55,027 bases of DNA from Podarcis melisellensis (taxonomy: Eukaryota), in assembly GCA_964234715.1 (NCBI GenBank), contig OZ174280.1, one strand, 5' to 3'. The first letter of the stretch is position 1. Each line of letters opens with the position of its first letter. This document shows positions 1 to 13,239 of this stretch, piece after piece. Position numbers and translations under genes: made by a program. The notes beneath the pieces are model-generated. The model saw only the letters and a list, made by a program, of their open reading frames with translations, was not told where the DNA came from and did not search any database.

Positions 1-3000
1 ATAAGTGCACACTGTGATGCAAATGTTGCTATAGAAACTACTTTTTTTTTCAATTTAAACTCCATAAACAAGCCTGCAGAACACAGGTGTGCTTCGCATT
101 CATAAGGTGCAACTGTCTGGCTTTACATTTACCTTGCACTTTTCTACACATGCATATTTACTTTGTATTAAGGCACTTGATACCTATTATTTTTCTTAGT
201 TACCAGTATTAGAGTAAAAAAAAAAAAAGGACAGGAGAAGGCTAGATTAGAGTTTATTACAAAGGATGTGACCTGTCTCTGTGCTTCCATGTGTGAAGAG
301 AGTGAAAATGTCCAAGGCTTATTTTTTTGGCAGTTCACCGTTGACACAAATGTGAAGATAATGTGTTCTCCGAAAAAAATTAGTTTTTTTTTTTTTTAAA
401 TGCTTCCCTATGTACTCTCCCCAGTGGCTGGATCTTTAGGAAGACACTATTTTAGAAACATTTTTGCTTCTTCCTACAGAATGATTCCAATTTTCTCCCT
501 GAACAAAAACCTCAGTGTCACCAACCCGGAACCCCATGGCACCTACACAGGCCTTCACTGGCATACCTGGGCAAGGACTCCAGACTCCAAGCTTTTGGAG
601 GTTTTTTTTGGGGGGGTAGAGTAAGTCTCTAGCCCTTCTAAAAAGAAAATTAGAAAATGTGCAGGTACATATCTCTATGATTTCAGTGAAATTAACCAGC
701 CTCCTTATTGCTGTTTTTAATCAATGAATGAAATCAGAGTTGTGATGGATAAGTGAGCTGTTTGGGCACCAGGCAGTAGGAGTCCCTTGAGTCCTAAAGG
801 ACTGCTGTTTCTCCATCCTCTTTAGTGGTCATTTCCTGCTTTTGTCCTGCCATCTTGGAGATTACATGGTCTAGAAATGTCCATAGTTGGCTTTGCATTT
901 CCCCCTAGCAAACAGAATGTATCTTTCCTGTGATGGGTTCATGTGACAGCAGATAGTCCCGAGAATGCTGCTACACAAATACCACTACACAGCTAAGGGG
1001 GTTAAACAACCTCCGCTCCCCGCCAAAGGCAAATGTGAAAATGTTGCAAAGAGGCTTAGGGATGTGACTTGCCTGCAGAAACCAAAGACCACACACTCAT
1101 TAAGAATTAGCTGTATGGTTAATTGTCAGTTGAATGGTATTCATATCTAGTCAGAAGTTTAATGACAGTAACTTCCAGGTAAGAGATGGTAGCCTAGGAT
1201 TTGGTTTAGGGTTGGTTTTGTTAGGGAAGCAAGGTTCTTGTGCCTTTAAAAACAGTATGGCAGGCAGAAATTCAGCAAGCAAGTGAAGCCTTTCCTGGTA
1301 TGGAAAAACAATTGTGAGAAAAGCTTCACTACAGTGACTGCAGTTTCTAATTTTGTGTTATGCCATGCCCCCCACAGCAGCTATTTTGTGGCAGGTGCCC
1401 ACTGCACATTCTGAAAATTATGAAACTGGTCCAAACAGTTTGGTGATCTCTGACCAAGAGCAATGGATAATTTTGAGTTTCAGTGCCTCCTGATGTTCCC
1501 TAGGTATCTCTGTGCAGCCTAGGCCACTTTCTTATTTACTTTTTCCCCTTAATGGTGCACAACTTCCCCTGCTCACCATTCAGTTTGGAAATCTGGTCAG
1601 CTAATCATGCTATTTCCCCCCAAATAGTAGAAAATTTCTTCGTTAATTCCAAGCCCAACTGAGAGTGCGATGGGGTCTGGATTCTGCCCCCAAACCCTTT
1701 ACCTGGATGATGCTTCAGCAGCATGAAGGAACAGAGAGGCCTCAGTCTTTTTTAATTCAATCACTGCCGTCCGTTCCTTTTGCTTTATCCTTTTTCTCTG
1801 TTTATATGAACACATATCATTGCTGCTATTCATCCTGCAGATCAAATCCCAAGAAACATAAGGAAGAAGCATGTGTGTCCAAATAATACAAGATTTTCTG
1901 CATCCATCTCCTACTTTGGGCAAGGTTTGCTATGTCGTATGCTTGATGTCTTCCATTTATGCTGAAAGCTTTATTGTCCACCTATTCTGGAAATTGAGTG
2001 GTGTTCCAGATATTTCCCCTGAATAAGTATCTCTGTGTGTTCACGTTAAGAAGTTCTGCAAGGCTTTTTCTATATGCTTTGTACTTGCTAATCTGCATAC
2101 CAGTTTGCTAAAGCGAAAATGCAACTTGGGAGAAATCGCAAACCAGTGCAGTGGTGACTGCATATATCTGTTACTAATTAAAGGGGAAAGAATGATAAAA
2201 CCTGGGGAAACACTGCAATTCATGAGTCAACCTATTTTGGACTCGAGTCACAGACAGTTATCTAATTCTGTTATCCTTGGTAATTCAACAAGGGTTTTGC
2301 ATCATATCCATGTAATGCAATGAATACATTCATTAAAAAATATTTTTTTACAGCATGTTCATACCATTCTGTGACTGAAGTTTGCACTGAAGTCTACATT
2401 TGGGCTCATCCAAAGCATTCTCCTCCTTTGTGCCATTTTCACACACAGAGCAGAGTCTTGTGCTTACAGTCCTGTTCAGTAAATGTTAATCTCATAGGTG
2501 TCTTCATGGTTCATCACTGTCCTGGGGACATTTCTTATCCACTCTGCCAGAAGTTATATTTCCTTGTTGTTTTCATTCTGGCCTTTATTAACGCACTGCT
2601 AGACATGTCTGTCAAAACTCTGCTTCTGGCTCTGTTATAAATAGATCAGACTAGGGATTCTATGTTGGATTAGTGTGGTTAAAAAGAAAAACAGATATGG
2701 TGAAATAAAAAGAGAATTCCCTCGATGCCTAGACCAGGTTTGGGGGCAAGGACTCTTTGGTCGAACAGCCCCAGCAGAGACTTAAAATCACAAAATATGC
2801 AGCAAAGTAAAGCATGGAAATATAGGCTGTTAGACCTTCAAACTATCCCCTTCTAAGTTGCTTCCAAAGTTCCCAACTTCCCTTAGCGTACAAAGAGGCC
2901 ACACATTTGGTAAGTTAAAAATGGTGTACTTACAAACTCATCAAAGGCCAGATTCATGTGCTTTTCCATACGACAGCAAGAAAATACAGGCAGTATAACT

Positions 3001-3623
3001 TAGGCTCCAAAATGGTGAGAGTTTCCAAATTATTTGTATAGAAACACAAGGATGGCTTGCTTAAGCCACCCGATCAAAGCTTGGAGCATCCAACTTAGAC
3101 CACCTTACTGGTAGAGTTCATATGGTAGAAAGTGAAAGTACAGAGTTTGGCAAGCCTTCCTCCCAAGGTGTTCTTTCACTTTCACTCCAGAGGGACAAAT
3201 AATATGTTTAAAGGCAATATAATCCACTTCATGATGCTAGAGGTCCTGTTTATTGATGAGAGAAAGTGTGGCTTCTCCCTCTTAATTGCTAGTGCCCATA
3301 TTTTTGCATTAATTTCCCCATATTTTGTAAAGCCAGTAAGGTGAGCCTACAGAATTTGTGGCACCCAAACAGCTAGCCAGCCAGCATGCTGTGATTCAGT
3401 TTAATACTAAGTGTGATTTCAGGTTAAGCCTGCAAATAACCTTCTCTTAAAAGGCTACAATTCTACATACACAAGTCCAGCAGCAAGTGCAACTGAACAC
3501 AATAAATCCCAAGTATAAGTTTGGACTGCATAACTATTGCAACCCGCAACTATTGCAACTATTTCATCCATCCTCCTTTTCCCCCTCAGCAGATGGCCTG
3601 AATAAGTCCTGTGAACTTGAATA

Positions 3624-3970
3624 AAATGTAAAGGTAAAGGGACCCCTAACCATTAGGTCCAGTCGCGGACGACTCTATGGTTGCAGTGCTCATCTCGCTT
3701 TATTGGCCGAGGGAGCAGGCGTACAGCTTCCGGGTCATGTGGCCACCATGACTAAACCGCTTCTGGTGAACCAGAGCAGCGCACGGAAACGCCGTTTACC
3801 TTCCCGCCGGAGCGGTACCTATCTACTTGCACTTTGACATGCTTTCAAACTGCTAGGTTGGCAGGAGCAGGGACCGAGCAATGGGAGCTCACCCTGTCGC
3901 GGCGATTCAAACCGCTGACCTTCTGATTGGCAAGCCCTAGGCTCAGTGGTTTAGACCACAGCGCCACCTG
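3624..3970 (-). mobile_element. Sauria SINE (lacertid type), near full length
   Basis: Minus strand has a tRNA-like head (box A TGGCGCTGTGG, box B GGTTTGAATC) and an (ACCTTT)n tail. Flanked by a duplication TGTGAACTTGA(A/G)TA at 3610-3623 and 3971-3984. Confidence 0.9.
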
Positions 3971-4809
3971 TGTGAACTTGAGTATTTTCTCCCTACTTTG
4001 TGATGTTTCCTTTAGACGCACCAAAGGTCTAGCACTACTATTGATGTTCACTGCTTGGATCTAGCACTGAAAAGGCATACCAAGTGATTCCCACAAACAC
4101 GTCTTACTCACTTTCCTGCCCCCACAATGTTTTCAAATACTCCTTCTAGCATGCAAGTCTGAGTCTCGCCAGTAGTGAAAAGTGGGTTGGTCTTGCACTG
4201 CCCCCTCAGCAGCTGCCCTATGACCCTTTCGTCTTGCGAACCTAAAATGGAAGTGCAATATCTAAGAATGCTACAATTGGTCATGGGATGCTTGGATCAT
4301 GACATACAACTCAAGGTATTGTGACCACAAAGGGAACATCCTCAAGCATGCAGATGCTAGGTGTCATTGCAAATCCGTTGACGGTGGCTTCAGTACATGG
4401 TATTTATGGTTCACAATAACCTGGTTGGCTTAAAGTAAAAGGTTTGTTGATGGAACAAGGTCAAGTACGAAATGATTTGCAAACTGCTTTGAGGTTTTAG
4501 TACAGTCAAAAGGTATATTATTTTGTGAAATAAATAAATGCATAGAATAGTGCATTTGCAGGATAGTCATCTAGCATGGTGCTTGTACTTCTTGTACCTT
4601 AATTTCTTGTACCTTTTCAATGAAGAGCTATGGCAATTGTTCCGTCAGCATTTCCACTTGCCAGACTGAACAGTCCCCCTCTCATTGACCTGCACACTAC
4701 TCTGGGGCTGGTTCTCCTCTTCTGACCCCTCCCAGAGCCACTTTGGGGATGGGTGAGAGGATGGGCAGGGAAAGCCCTGTTGTGCTAGTGGAAGTCCTTG
4801 AACAGGGTT

Positions 4810-5490
4810 AATAATAAAAATTTTATTACCGGTATTTATACGCTGTCCATCTAGCTAGTTGCCCCAGCCACTCTGGGCAGCTTCCAATACATATAGAAAA
4901 CATCAAAAACTTCCTGATACAGGGCTGCCTCCAGATGTCTTCTAAAAGTTGTGTAGTTCTTTATCTCCTTAACTTCTGATGGGAGGGCATCCACAGGGAG
5001 GGTGCCACTACCGAAAAGGCCTAGTTCCCTGTAACTTCACTTCTCACAGTGAGGGAACTGCCAGAAGGCCCTTGGAGCTGGACTTTAGTGTCCAGGCAGA
5101 AAGATGTGAGAGGAGACGCTTCTTCAGGTATACAGGGCCAACGCTGTTTAGGGCTTTAAAGGTCAATACCAACACTTTGAATTGTGCTCAGAAACGTACT
5201 GTGAGCCAGTGTAGATCCTTTAGGACTGGTGTTATATGGCCCCAGCAGCCACTCCCAGTCAGCAGTCTAGCTGCCATATTCTAGATTAGTTGCAGTTTCC
5301 AAGTCACTTTCAAAGGTAGTCCCACATAGAGCGCATTGCAGTAGTCCAAGTGAGAGGTAACCAGAACTGTACCACTCTGGTGAGACAGTGCGCGGGCAGG
5401 TAGGGTCTCAGCCAGTGTACCAGATGGAGCTGGTAGACAGCTGTCCTGAACACAGAAGTGACCTGTGCCTCCATGGACAGCTGTGAATCT
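4810..5490 (-). mobile_element. L2-clade LINE, 3' fragment (decayed ORF2 C-terminus and tail)
   Basis: Minus strand translates to TSHLDYCNALYVGLPLKVTWKLQLI*NMAARLLTG, typical of L2 ORF2 after the RT core. AT-rich tail near 4810. Confidence 0.85.
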
Positions 5491-5612
5491 GCTAGCAGGA
5501 CTTGTTCATTGAATCTGCTCCATTGTTTTTATATATATTTTCCCCCTGTATCTTTTTATCTGTTGTAAGCCACTTTGAGATCTTCTGAAGTAAGTGGTCT
5601 TTAAACGGAAAT

Positions 5613-5614
5613 GA

Positions 5615-5666
<52 letters not shown>

Positions 5667-5668
5667 AA
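5613..5668 (+). repeat. (GAAA)14 microsatellite
   Basis: Directly visible; follows a LINE/SINE-like 3' tail. Confidence 0.97.
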
Positions 5669-6926
5669 AGTCAGCTTAATAGCACATAGTGTGAATATAT
5701 TATTAAAACCCAGGAAGGGAAAAACCTGGAAAACTCCAGTAAGCTCATGTCTTAATATACCCTGGGTGTTATTAAACCCTACTCCATAATGAATAGTCCT
5801 TAAACTGGTGCAGAAAGATTTGATCATATTGGTGTATGGAATTATGTTTATGCTTCATCGTCAGATCTGAATCTTGCAAAGTGCTCTGTGACCTTATTCT
5901 ATCAAGGAACCTTTACTTAAAGCCAAGCTCTTCTTGTTGTCAGGCTGTTATGAACCATAAGTATCTTGTACTGAAGCCTTCTCAATTGCTTTGCGATGAT
6001 GCCTAGCATCTGTTAAATACGTGGTGATTGTTTGTTTGGTGATTGCTCAGAGCAGTGCTTGAGCTTAAGAAACTCAACCTCATTTCAAGACAAGTTCAAT
6101 ACTAATAGGCAAGAAAAATGGGGTGGGAGGACAGGAGGATACGGATCTCAGAAAGCGTTTTGTTTTGCTAGAGATGTACCACCTTGCAGAAGAAACAGAT
6201 TAAAACCTTTTATGCTGATCTTTGAAGTACACGTTAATATGCATCTGAGTTTTTTGGAAAAAGTGCACCTTTCACACCTCTTCATTGTTAGTCCTTTCCC
6301 TCAGCTATAACACTGCCTTTATTTTTCTTAAAGAAAGAAAGAAAATCTCTCAGTTGTATTTCTGCAGTAATTGAAGTCCTGTTCCTGAGAAAATGAAAGT
6401 CTGTTGGCCGTGCAGATGGAACTATGGATATGTTAGCCATGTAAATTAAGCCACATTGTAATGAAATACATTTTTAAATATAATTGAAAGTCATTGTGAA
6501 ATACAAATGAGTATGGTCTTGCTAATTTGATGCTGTGTGTCTCAGTGAAGCTATGAAAAGAACATTTAAGCTCTCCTCACTTCCTCTAAGGTAGACAAGT
6601 CCAGAAGCAGTGCTATAGGCTGCATTCAGACATGGCATTTACAGTGTTACAAGGGAGTTTTGCTGATTATCATGCTAGCACTCTATTCCAATTTCTAACA
6701 TTCTATTTACTTTGCAATACCTGTTGCATTATGGAACTGGGGCTAAACAAAAGCTGTGAAGCACATGCCTGCCCTTGCTATATAACTGCCATAGGAGTGA
6801 GACTAGTTATGTATGTGACCTGTCCAGTGTTCTACCACCACCTCCTTTTTACCGCCAGCTCTGGGGCACTCAGGTTGCTATTGCACCAAAGCTAAGAACT
6901 GGATCAAATAACATCACCTTTTAAGG

Positions 6927-7054
6927 TAAGGTTACCAGACGTCCCCCTTTCCCGGGGTTAGTCCCCGGGTTTACAAACTAGTCCCCATACGAAATCCCGG
7001 ATTCATTAAAAAAATGTGTCCCCCAGATTCATTGAAAAAAATCTGGTAACCTAA
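6927..7054. mobile_element. hAT-superfamily MITE (128 bp)
   Basis: TIRs TAAGGTTACCAGA / TCTGGTAACCTAA; perfect 8-bp TSD TTTTAAGG (6919-6926, 7055-7062). Confidence 0.88.
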
Positions 7055-9434
7055 TTTTAAGGGCAGGTGAGAGACATTTGCTTCCATCATCGTTGTTTTG
7101 TTACAGTTCTTGACCACCTTCTAGCTGCTTGGAGGTACACATATTTGCAGCAATTAAGACACCCAGTTTTATTACTTATCCTCATTGCAGGGAAATTCTG
7201 TATCTTGATATAGAGCAAATTGGAGCCCGTGCTCATGTTTAAAATGTGGATACTGGGGAAGGGTGAGCTGGGGATAATATATATACAATCACCTGTGCAC
7301 CCAGGACCATGGGGATATCATTTCACAGTCTGAAAGTTTCAAAGTCACAATTATGTAAATACATGGAAGTGCTACAGGGTTAAAAACTAGCACTCAGTCT
7401 GATAAGTACCCCCCCCCCCCAAAATATTTTTCTGTTGAATTCCTCAGAGGGTGCTTACCATAAGAAGAATGAGGAGATGCACTTCCCCATGGATTATTTG
7501 GCATGTGAGTTAATTTAACTTCCTCCATGTGCAGCCGCTCGCATCAGGAGAGCACCTAATCAATCATCATCTCCCTGATTTTAAGTTGTGGTCTAGCATG
7601 GGGGAAGAACTGTGTAAGAACTGTAGGAAGATTAATGCTATTTTGGAGTTTGTATTAGCCCTGAATATGTCTGGAAAATCAGAGACAATCGTTTACATAC
7701 TTATGCTGATTAAATATCAGGGAGTTTGGGTAAGAGTGCAAGGATGAAATTATTTGATTCCTTGTTATAAAAATGATTAATGGGTGGGTGGGAGAAAGGA
7801 ATGGATCAATCCAACGTTTTAACTGAATGGAGAAGCCCCAGAACATTTTAAACATCCAGAGCATTTCATTTGCAATACAAATGTTAGCTTTTATCCAGCA
7901 GGGATTAACAGAGTGGCAGGGCTAGCTTGGGATCCAATTGATCCTGGACCAGCTGAGACCTCTCCACACCTAGAACGCCCCATTTCAGGTCCCAAGCTGG
8001 CTCTGCGAGATCTAGGCCAGGACTGCACACCAAGAGAAGGAACTAACTGTCCTCATCTCAAATCTCGCTATATGTACAGTATGTATCTATAGGCAACCCA
8101 CCATATGTATAGGCAATCCACCAAAGGTTTTTTTTAGAAAGTGAAACAAATGAGTTTTACACTGGAAAAGTCCTCTACCTCTTTCCCCCACTTCTACTGG
8201 TATGATGCCACTTGAGTGGTATATAAGAAAAATCTGCATCTTTGATATTTGTCTCCTTGAAACTCAGCATCCTTGGAAAACATAATCCAGTAGGAATACT
8301 GAATCACTTTATAAATTGACATGATGTGAGTGAGAGGCACAGCTTTGTAATTCTTTCTGCTACACTATAATACATGAATACGTGGGTATTTAGGCATATT
8401 GCACTGTAAAGCTATGGCCAAAAGTACTTGGATGGAACACCATTTAATTTCTTAACAAATGTTGCTATGGCTTCAAACCAGGTTTTTTCTTCCCACCAGG
8501 CTGCCTTGTTTGGGGAGGGAGGAGCATGAGAAGGTATGCGTTCACAAGATAAATATACTTATTGTATTTCATGCCATTATGTTAATACACAAAATTGTCA
8601 TTGTTCTGGATATTATTGCAAATAAAAACTGAGTTAATGAACTTCAGACAGGTATGTTGACTGACTGGGAGAAAGAGACTTTCAAAACTGAACATTTAAA
8701 CATTTGTGCAGTCTTATTTCCTATTAGTAAGCATTTGTGGATCCCTTGTTTGAATAAATTCAGACGAGAACTGTGTGGCCAAAGCACACTGAAGATATTG
8801 AATATTTTAATATCAAACACTTGCTGTGAACATTTACAATCTTCCACTGAAGAAAGAGGCAGCTACAACAGAGTAACATTATTTCTTATTCATTTTATTG
8901 GAATAAGAGTGCAAACTAATTTACTCACGGCAATTAAGTCTGGTAAATGAATCAACTTAAATAATAGCTGTAGGTATTTAATAGCTATTGCTATAAAGAA
9001 TGGGTGCAAAGTAATTCCCCACCATTGCAGATTAAAATATAACAATTGTGTACAGCTTCTTACCAGAACTGACAATGCAAATGTCTGGTTTGCGTTCTTA
9101 TAATTTTCAGAGGAGAACACAGGTAAGCAATCCTGAATCACATCTCATCATTATATGTTAGATCTCTTACCCATCTTTCACCATGATGTACCAGGGTGGG
9201 TTGCAACAATTTAAAAATAAAATATTGTTGCACATCACCCCAATCTCTGAGTGGTGTGAGGTTCCATGGGTTCCAGGCGTTTACCTGGGGTTCGGTTTCC
9301 TTGAACTGAGGGAGAGCGGAGATGATGGTATCTTTATGATATAAGGTTTATTTACACATGCATGCAACCTGAGCCTAAGATGGAGGGACTCACAGCATTA
9401 ACACCCCAGAAGGTCTTGCTTCTTCCATAGCCAC

Positions 9435-9800
9435 TAAAATATACTCGGAGTTGAGAGTGGATTTCATGGTCTTTATTCAGCTCATAGTGGTGAGGAGGAA
9501 TGAAAGTTCCCCCACAATATCTGCTTTATATATATTATTTACACAATGGGCCGCACGTGATTGGCTAATCCCGGAATTCTCCTGTAGGCCAATCAGGTTG
9601 CGGATTCACTTCCACCTGGAGCTGGATTGGGTGGCTCCTGCAGACCAATCATACTGCTGCATTGTTCTAGGACCAATCAGACTGCTGCATTCTGAATCCT
9701 ATTGTTCTAGGACCAATCAGACTGCTGCATTCTGAATCCTATTGTTCTAGGACCAATCAGACTGCTGCATTTTGGATCCTATTCAACTCAGTACATAACA
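9435..9800 (-). mobile_element. Solo LTR (366 bp) with tandem CCAAT-box repeats
   Basis: Minus strand starts TGTTATGTAC; TATA-like TATATAAA near 9525-9533; AATAAA at 9472-9477; 5-bp TSD GCCAC (9430-9434, 9801-9805). Confidence 0.8.
9643..9783. repeat. 40-bp tandem repeat GACCAATCAGACTGCTGCATTCTGAATCCTATTGTTCTAG (2 exact copies plus 2 partial) inside the solo LTR
   Basis: 9671-9710 and 9711-9750 are identical; partial or variant copies on each side. Confidence 0.95.
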
Positions 9801-10170
9801 GCCACAGTCTTGGATTCAAGCAGAAATTAAGCATGGCTCTCATTCTCTGTTTCTGCCAGCAGTCTGATTCTAGCTCAGCACAAACCAGCCCAACTATGGC
9901 TTTTGTCCTTCTAACTACCAGCCCACCCATTTGCCCTCTGGCACAAAGCAACTTCCTTATACTAACACCCCATACTTAGGGCCGTTGTAGCCCTGGCCTG
10001 GCTAATTCAACAATGGGATTCTCCATTAGACTCCACACACATACACACTCAAACTCACAAAAATATAAAAAGTACTTAAAACAATTATCAAGAAGAAAGC
10101 TTAACCATTAATTTTAATGAATCAAAAATGCTCTCAAAGGTCCTAATTCAGAGAAAGTTAGTGTGATTCA

Positions 10171-10419
10171 GGGCTTATCCACCCCTGTGTTTACCTCACT
10201 GCTTTCCCCCAGGGAAACCTAATCTTTAGTGTTGAATTGGAACAAACAGCAGTGGGGTTTTCTGTAGAATGCCATTTGTTCTGTTTTAGCACCAAATAGT
10301 GTTTTTTTCTGGGGAAATGCAGCTGGGCAAAGGCAAAAACCACTTAGACCCATGCCTAGAAAGTGCAGAAGAAGCAGAAAAACCACTCAGAACCCATGCT
10401 TTCTAGGTATGGACAAGCC
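10171..10419. mobile_element. Degraded MITE, PIF/Harbinger-like
   Basis: Ends GGGCTTATCCA ... TGGACAAGCC; internal similarity to 44188-44431. Confidence 0.5.
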
Positions 10420-10544
10420 AAAGTTGTGTCTGATCTAGAGCCATGGCTTATTTAGAATTCTAAGCTTTAACATTTTTTATGGGAGCAGACACTTAACAGC
10501 TTGCAGCACCTCTGCCAAAACATTTGCACGGGCTGCCCATATGC

Positions 10545-10700
10545 TACCAGGCCAGGTTCAAGGTTCCCCTATTAATATACAAAGCCCTAAACAACTTGGG
10601 TCCAGGATACCCTACAGACCGCCTGAACCCTTGTATCCCAACACAGTCACTAAGGTCATATGGATGAGTGCTGTCAGTTGTCCCCACCACCTCCAGTCTC
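10545..10700 (+). mobile_element. L2 LINE fragment
   Basis: Translates YQARFKVPLLIYKALNNLGPGYPTDRL, matching the L2 ORF2 C-terminal FK..YKALN.LGP.YL motif. Confidence 0.7.
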
Positions 10701-13239
10701 AACAGTAGGAAAGTTACAAATATGCTTGCTTGAAGCACACCATTAGTGTGCACAACATACATACATTAGTGTGCACACTATTAGAAGCACACCATACTAC
10801 AAGTTTCCCTCCTTTTTTGTTCTGAGTTAGTACTTAACTCAGTTAGACCTGCTCTGCTCTACCTCACAAGATAAAGTGCCACAATCAGCTTTGAAACTTG
10901 AAATAGTTGTGTGATGTGACACAGAAGTTGGAGTTAGTGTTGCTATTTGGCAGGTGTGGGTGGGTGTGGGTGTGCATGTATGTATGAGAGAGTATAAAAG
11001 CTGGACTGAGCATGAACAATCTTTTTGACGTGTAAAATGATTTGCTTTGGTTACAGTCTTTGTTTCTGCACCTCTTTTCAGTGGATAGAATAAACTATTG
11101 TTGCTCCTCTTCGTTCTGAAGTGCATTTACATGGTTGAACCTCCTCAACCTATATCTCTCTACTTCTTTTTGCTAGGCTATGCACGCGTAGTTCTCTCTG
11201 CCTTTAACTTGTTAATTTGCTTGGAGTATTTATTTTCTCCCTTCCTCTTACACAAATTCCTGTGGATGCTCATGGGGTTGAGAATTTTATTAGAGCCAGT
11301 GCAAAACAGCTTCTGGTTTGTGCCTGGGCATAGCTAAAAATTACTAAAGGAACACAAAGTGAAACTAAACGAAAGCACATGCCTTGCCCCAAAGCAAGGG
11401 GTAGAACCTTTTTGGCCCACTGGACCAAATCTTTATCTCTCCCCCTCCAAACCGTGGTGGTCAACTTTGACAGGGGAGCAGTGCCACCCACCTGTCAATC
11501 ATTATATATAATGATGGTATTAGGTGACTGATAGGTGGACAAGACCTGTTAAAGTTAACCCATGGGGTTGGGGAAAAGGTCTGCCTATTCCTTCAGGGAA
11601 TACACTGACAAAACAACATGTTTGTCATGGCCAGAGGCTAATACAATAAAGTTATTTAGATTGGATTGGACAAAGCAACACCCAGCAAAATTGAAATCTC
11701 TGCTCACCAGCTGATGAGAAGAGTGTTCAATCCTGTGGGATACAGAGGCCAGCTCTGTAAGCGGAATTGAACACTGCCATGGTGCCCATCAGCTGATATT
11801 ACCCAGTGCCATCAGCTGATGGACAGGTAGGTGTGGTTTGGGAGAAATGGTCCTGTGGGCCAACATGGACTCCCTGGTGAGCCATGACTGGCATTGGAGC
11901 TGAAGATTCCCTACCTAAGGGGTCAGGTCAAAATTACTATATTGTAAGGCAACACCCACAAATTCCCAAATGCAAGCAATACATTCATTGCTGGTCTTAA
12001 CACCATTGCGTGGTCCCTATGACCCTATTCCATTTTCCTAGCAAGTTGCACGATGAGGATTCATGACTGCTACAGTTGGATTAGTAACATTGCTTATAGT
12101 TATAGGTTTAAAATTAGAATTAATCTTAAATGCCGTTTTGTTCATCTTGAATGCAGCTAAGAGTGGGATGTTCAGACCTTGTTTAATGTTTTCCACCATT
12201 CTGCAATAGCATGTCTGCTATTGCAGCATGGATAGCGTTTTTATATAGTTTAATCACTGGATGGCACTAGCCTAAACTGTATCTGCCTAGTCAGGAGTTT
12301 CCCATTCACAAGGAGTTTGCTACTGTGTTATTTTTTCATGAAAATGAAGTTGTTCGTCTAGCTTCCTCAAATAATGTGTTTTGTAAGCATTGCCTTACAC
12401 ATATCATGACTAATACCTTCTGTGTATTGAAAGCATCTAAAATGACTAAGGACTTTTGAGTCACAGCATCACATTGTTGACTAATGTTCAGTTTATTATC
12501 TGGTACAACCTGATAAGCTTTCTCCCTAGGTAGTTACATCATTCATCTTGTGGGAATGTTCAGAATGGCAGAAGAGAATATATTGTTTATTAATAACCTT
12601 CCTAACTTGTGCTAGCAAGTTCCTTTACTTAGCAGAGTTTACATTCCCCTTCTCATGCACAGCAGAAAACTAGTTGCAAACTCGTGTGAGTTTCTTAAGA
12701 CAATACGCAATTCATTCTTGAATTGAAATGTGTTCTAATATTTTCCTGGTAAGACCCCTTGAATCCCTCCTAAAAGAATAAAGACACCACAGTCTTATTC
12801 ACAAGCAATAAAAAAAGGTTTACTCATGAACAGGCAGAGCACAGTGTGATCCCTGAAGGCAGGCTTAAGGCTTAAATATACAAATAGGTTTACCCCTTAT
12901 GTGGATTGACCTAGTGACTGCAAATAGCAGTCCGGGAAGTTCACAGGATGAAAGGAAGATGGGAAAGAGAGAGAGTGGCAGGATGCCTTGTCCTTTTACC
13001 AGGTCTGGAAAGATCATGCCCACCACCCACTAGTCACATGCAAAGAAAGATGCTCCAGGCCATAAGGAACAGGAAGTTTCAACTGGCTGGACCAAACATT
13101 CCCTTGCATGTCCACTCTAGCAAAACAAGGAATGTTGTATTTGACTGCTCCCAGTGGATTACATCCCACACATCTTATATTGGTGCATTTGTTTTTTCCT
13201 GGAACAGGTAGTCTGTTAACAAGTTAGCAAAGCACTCCA

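Noticed and set aside
9643-9783. CRISPR-like 40-bp repeats
   Set aside because: Head-to-tail with no spacers, inside a eukaryotic LTR.
12730-13172. Possible solo LTR
   Set aside because: LTR-like composition only; no verifiable termini or TSD.
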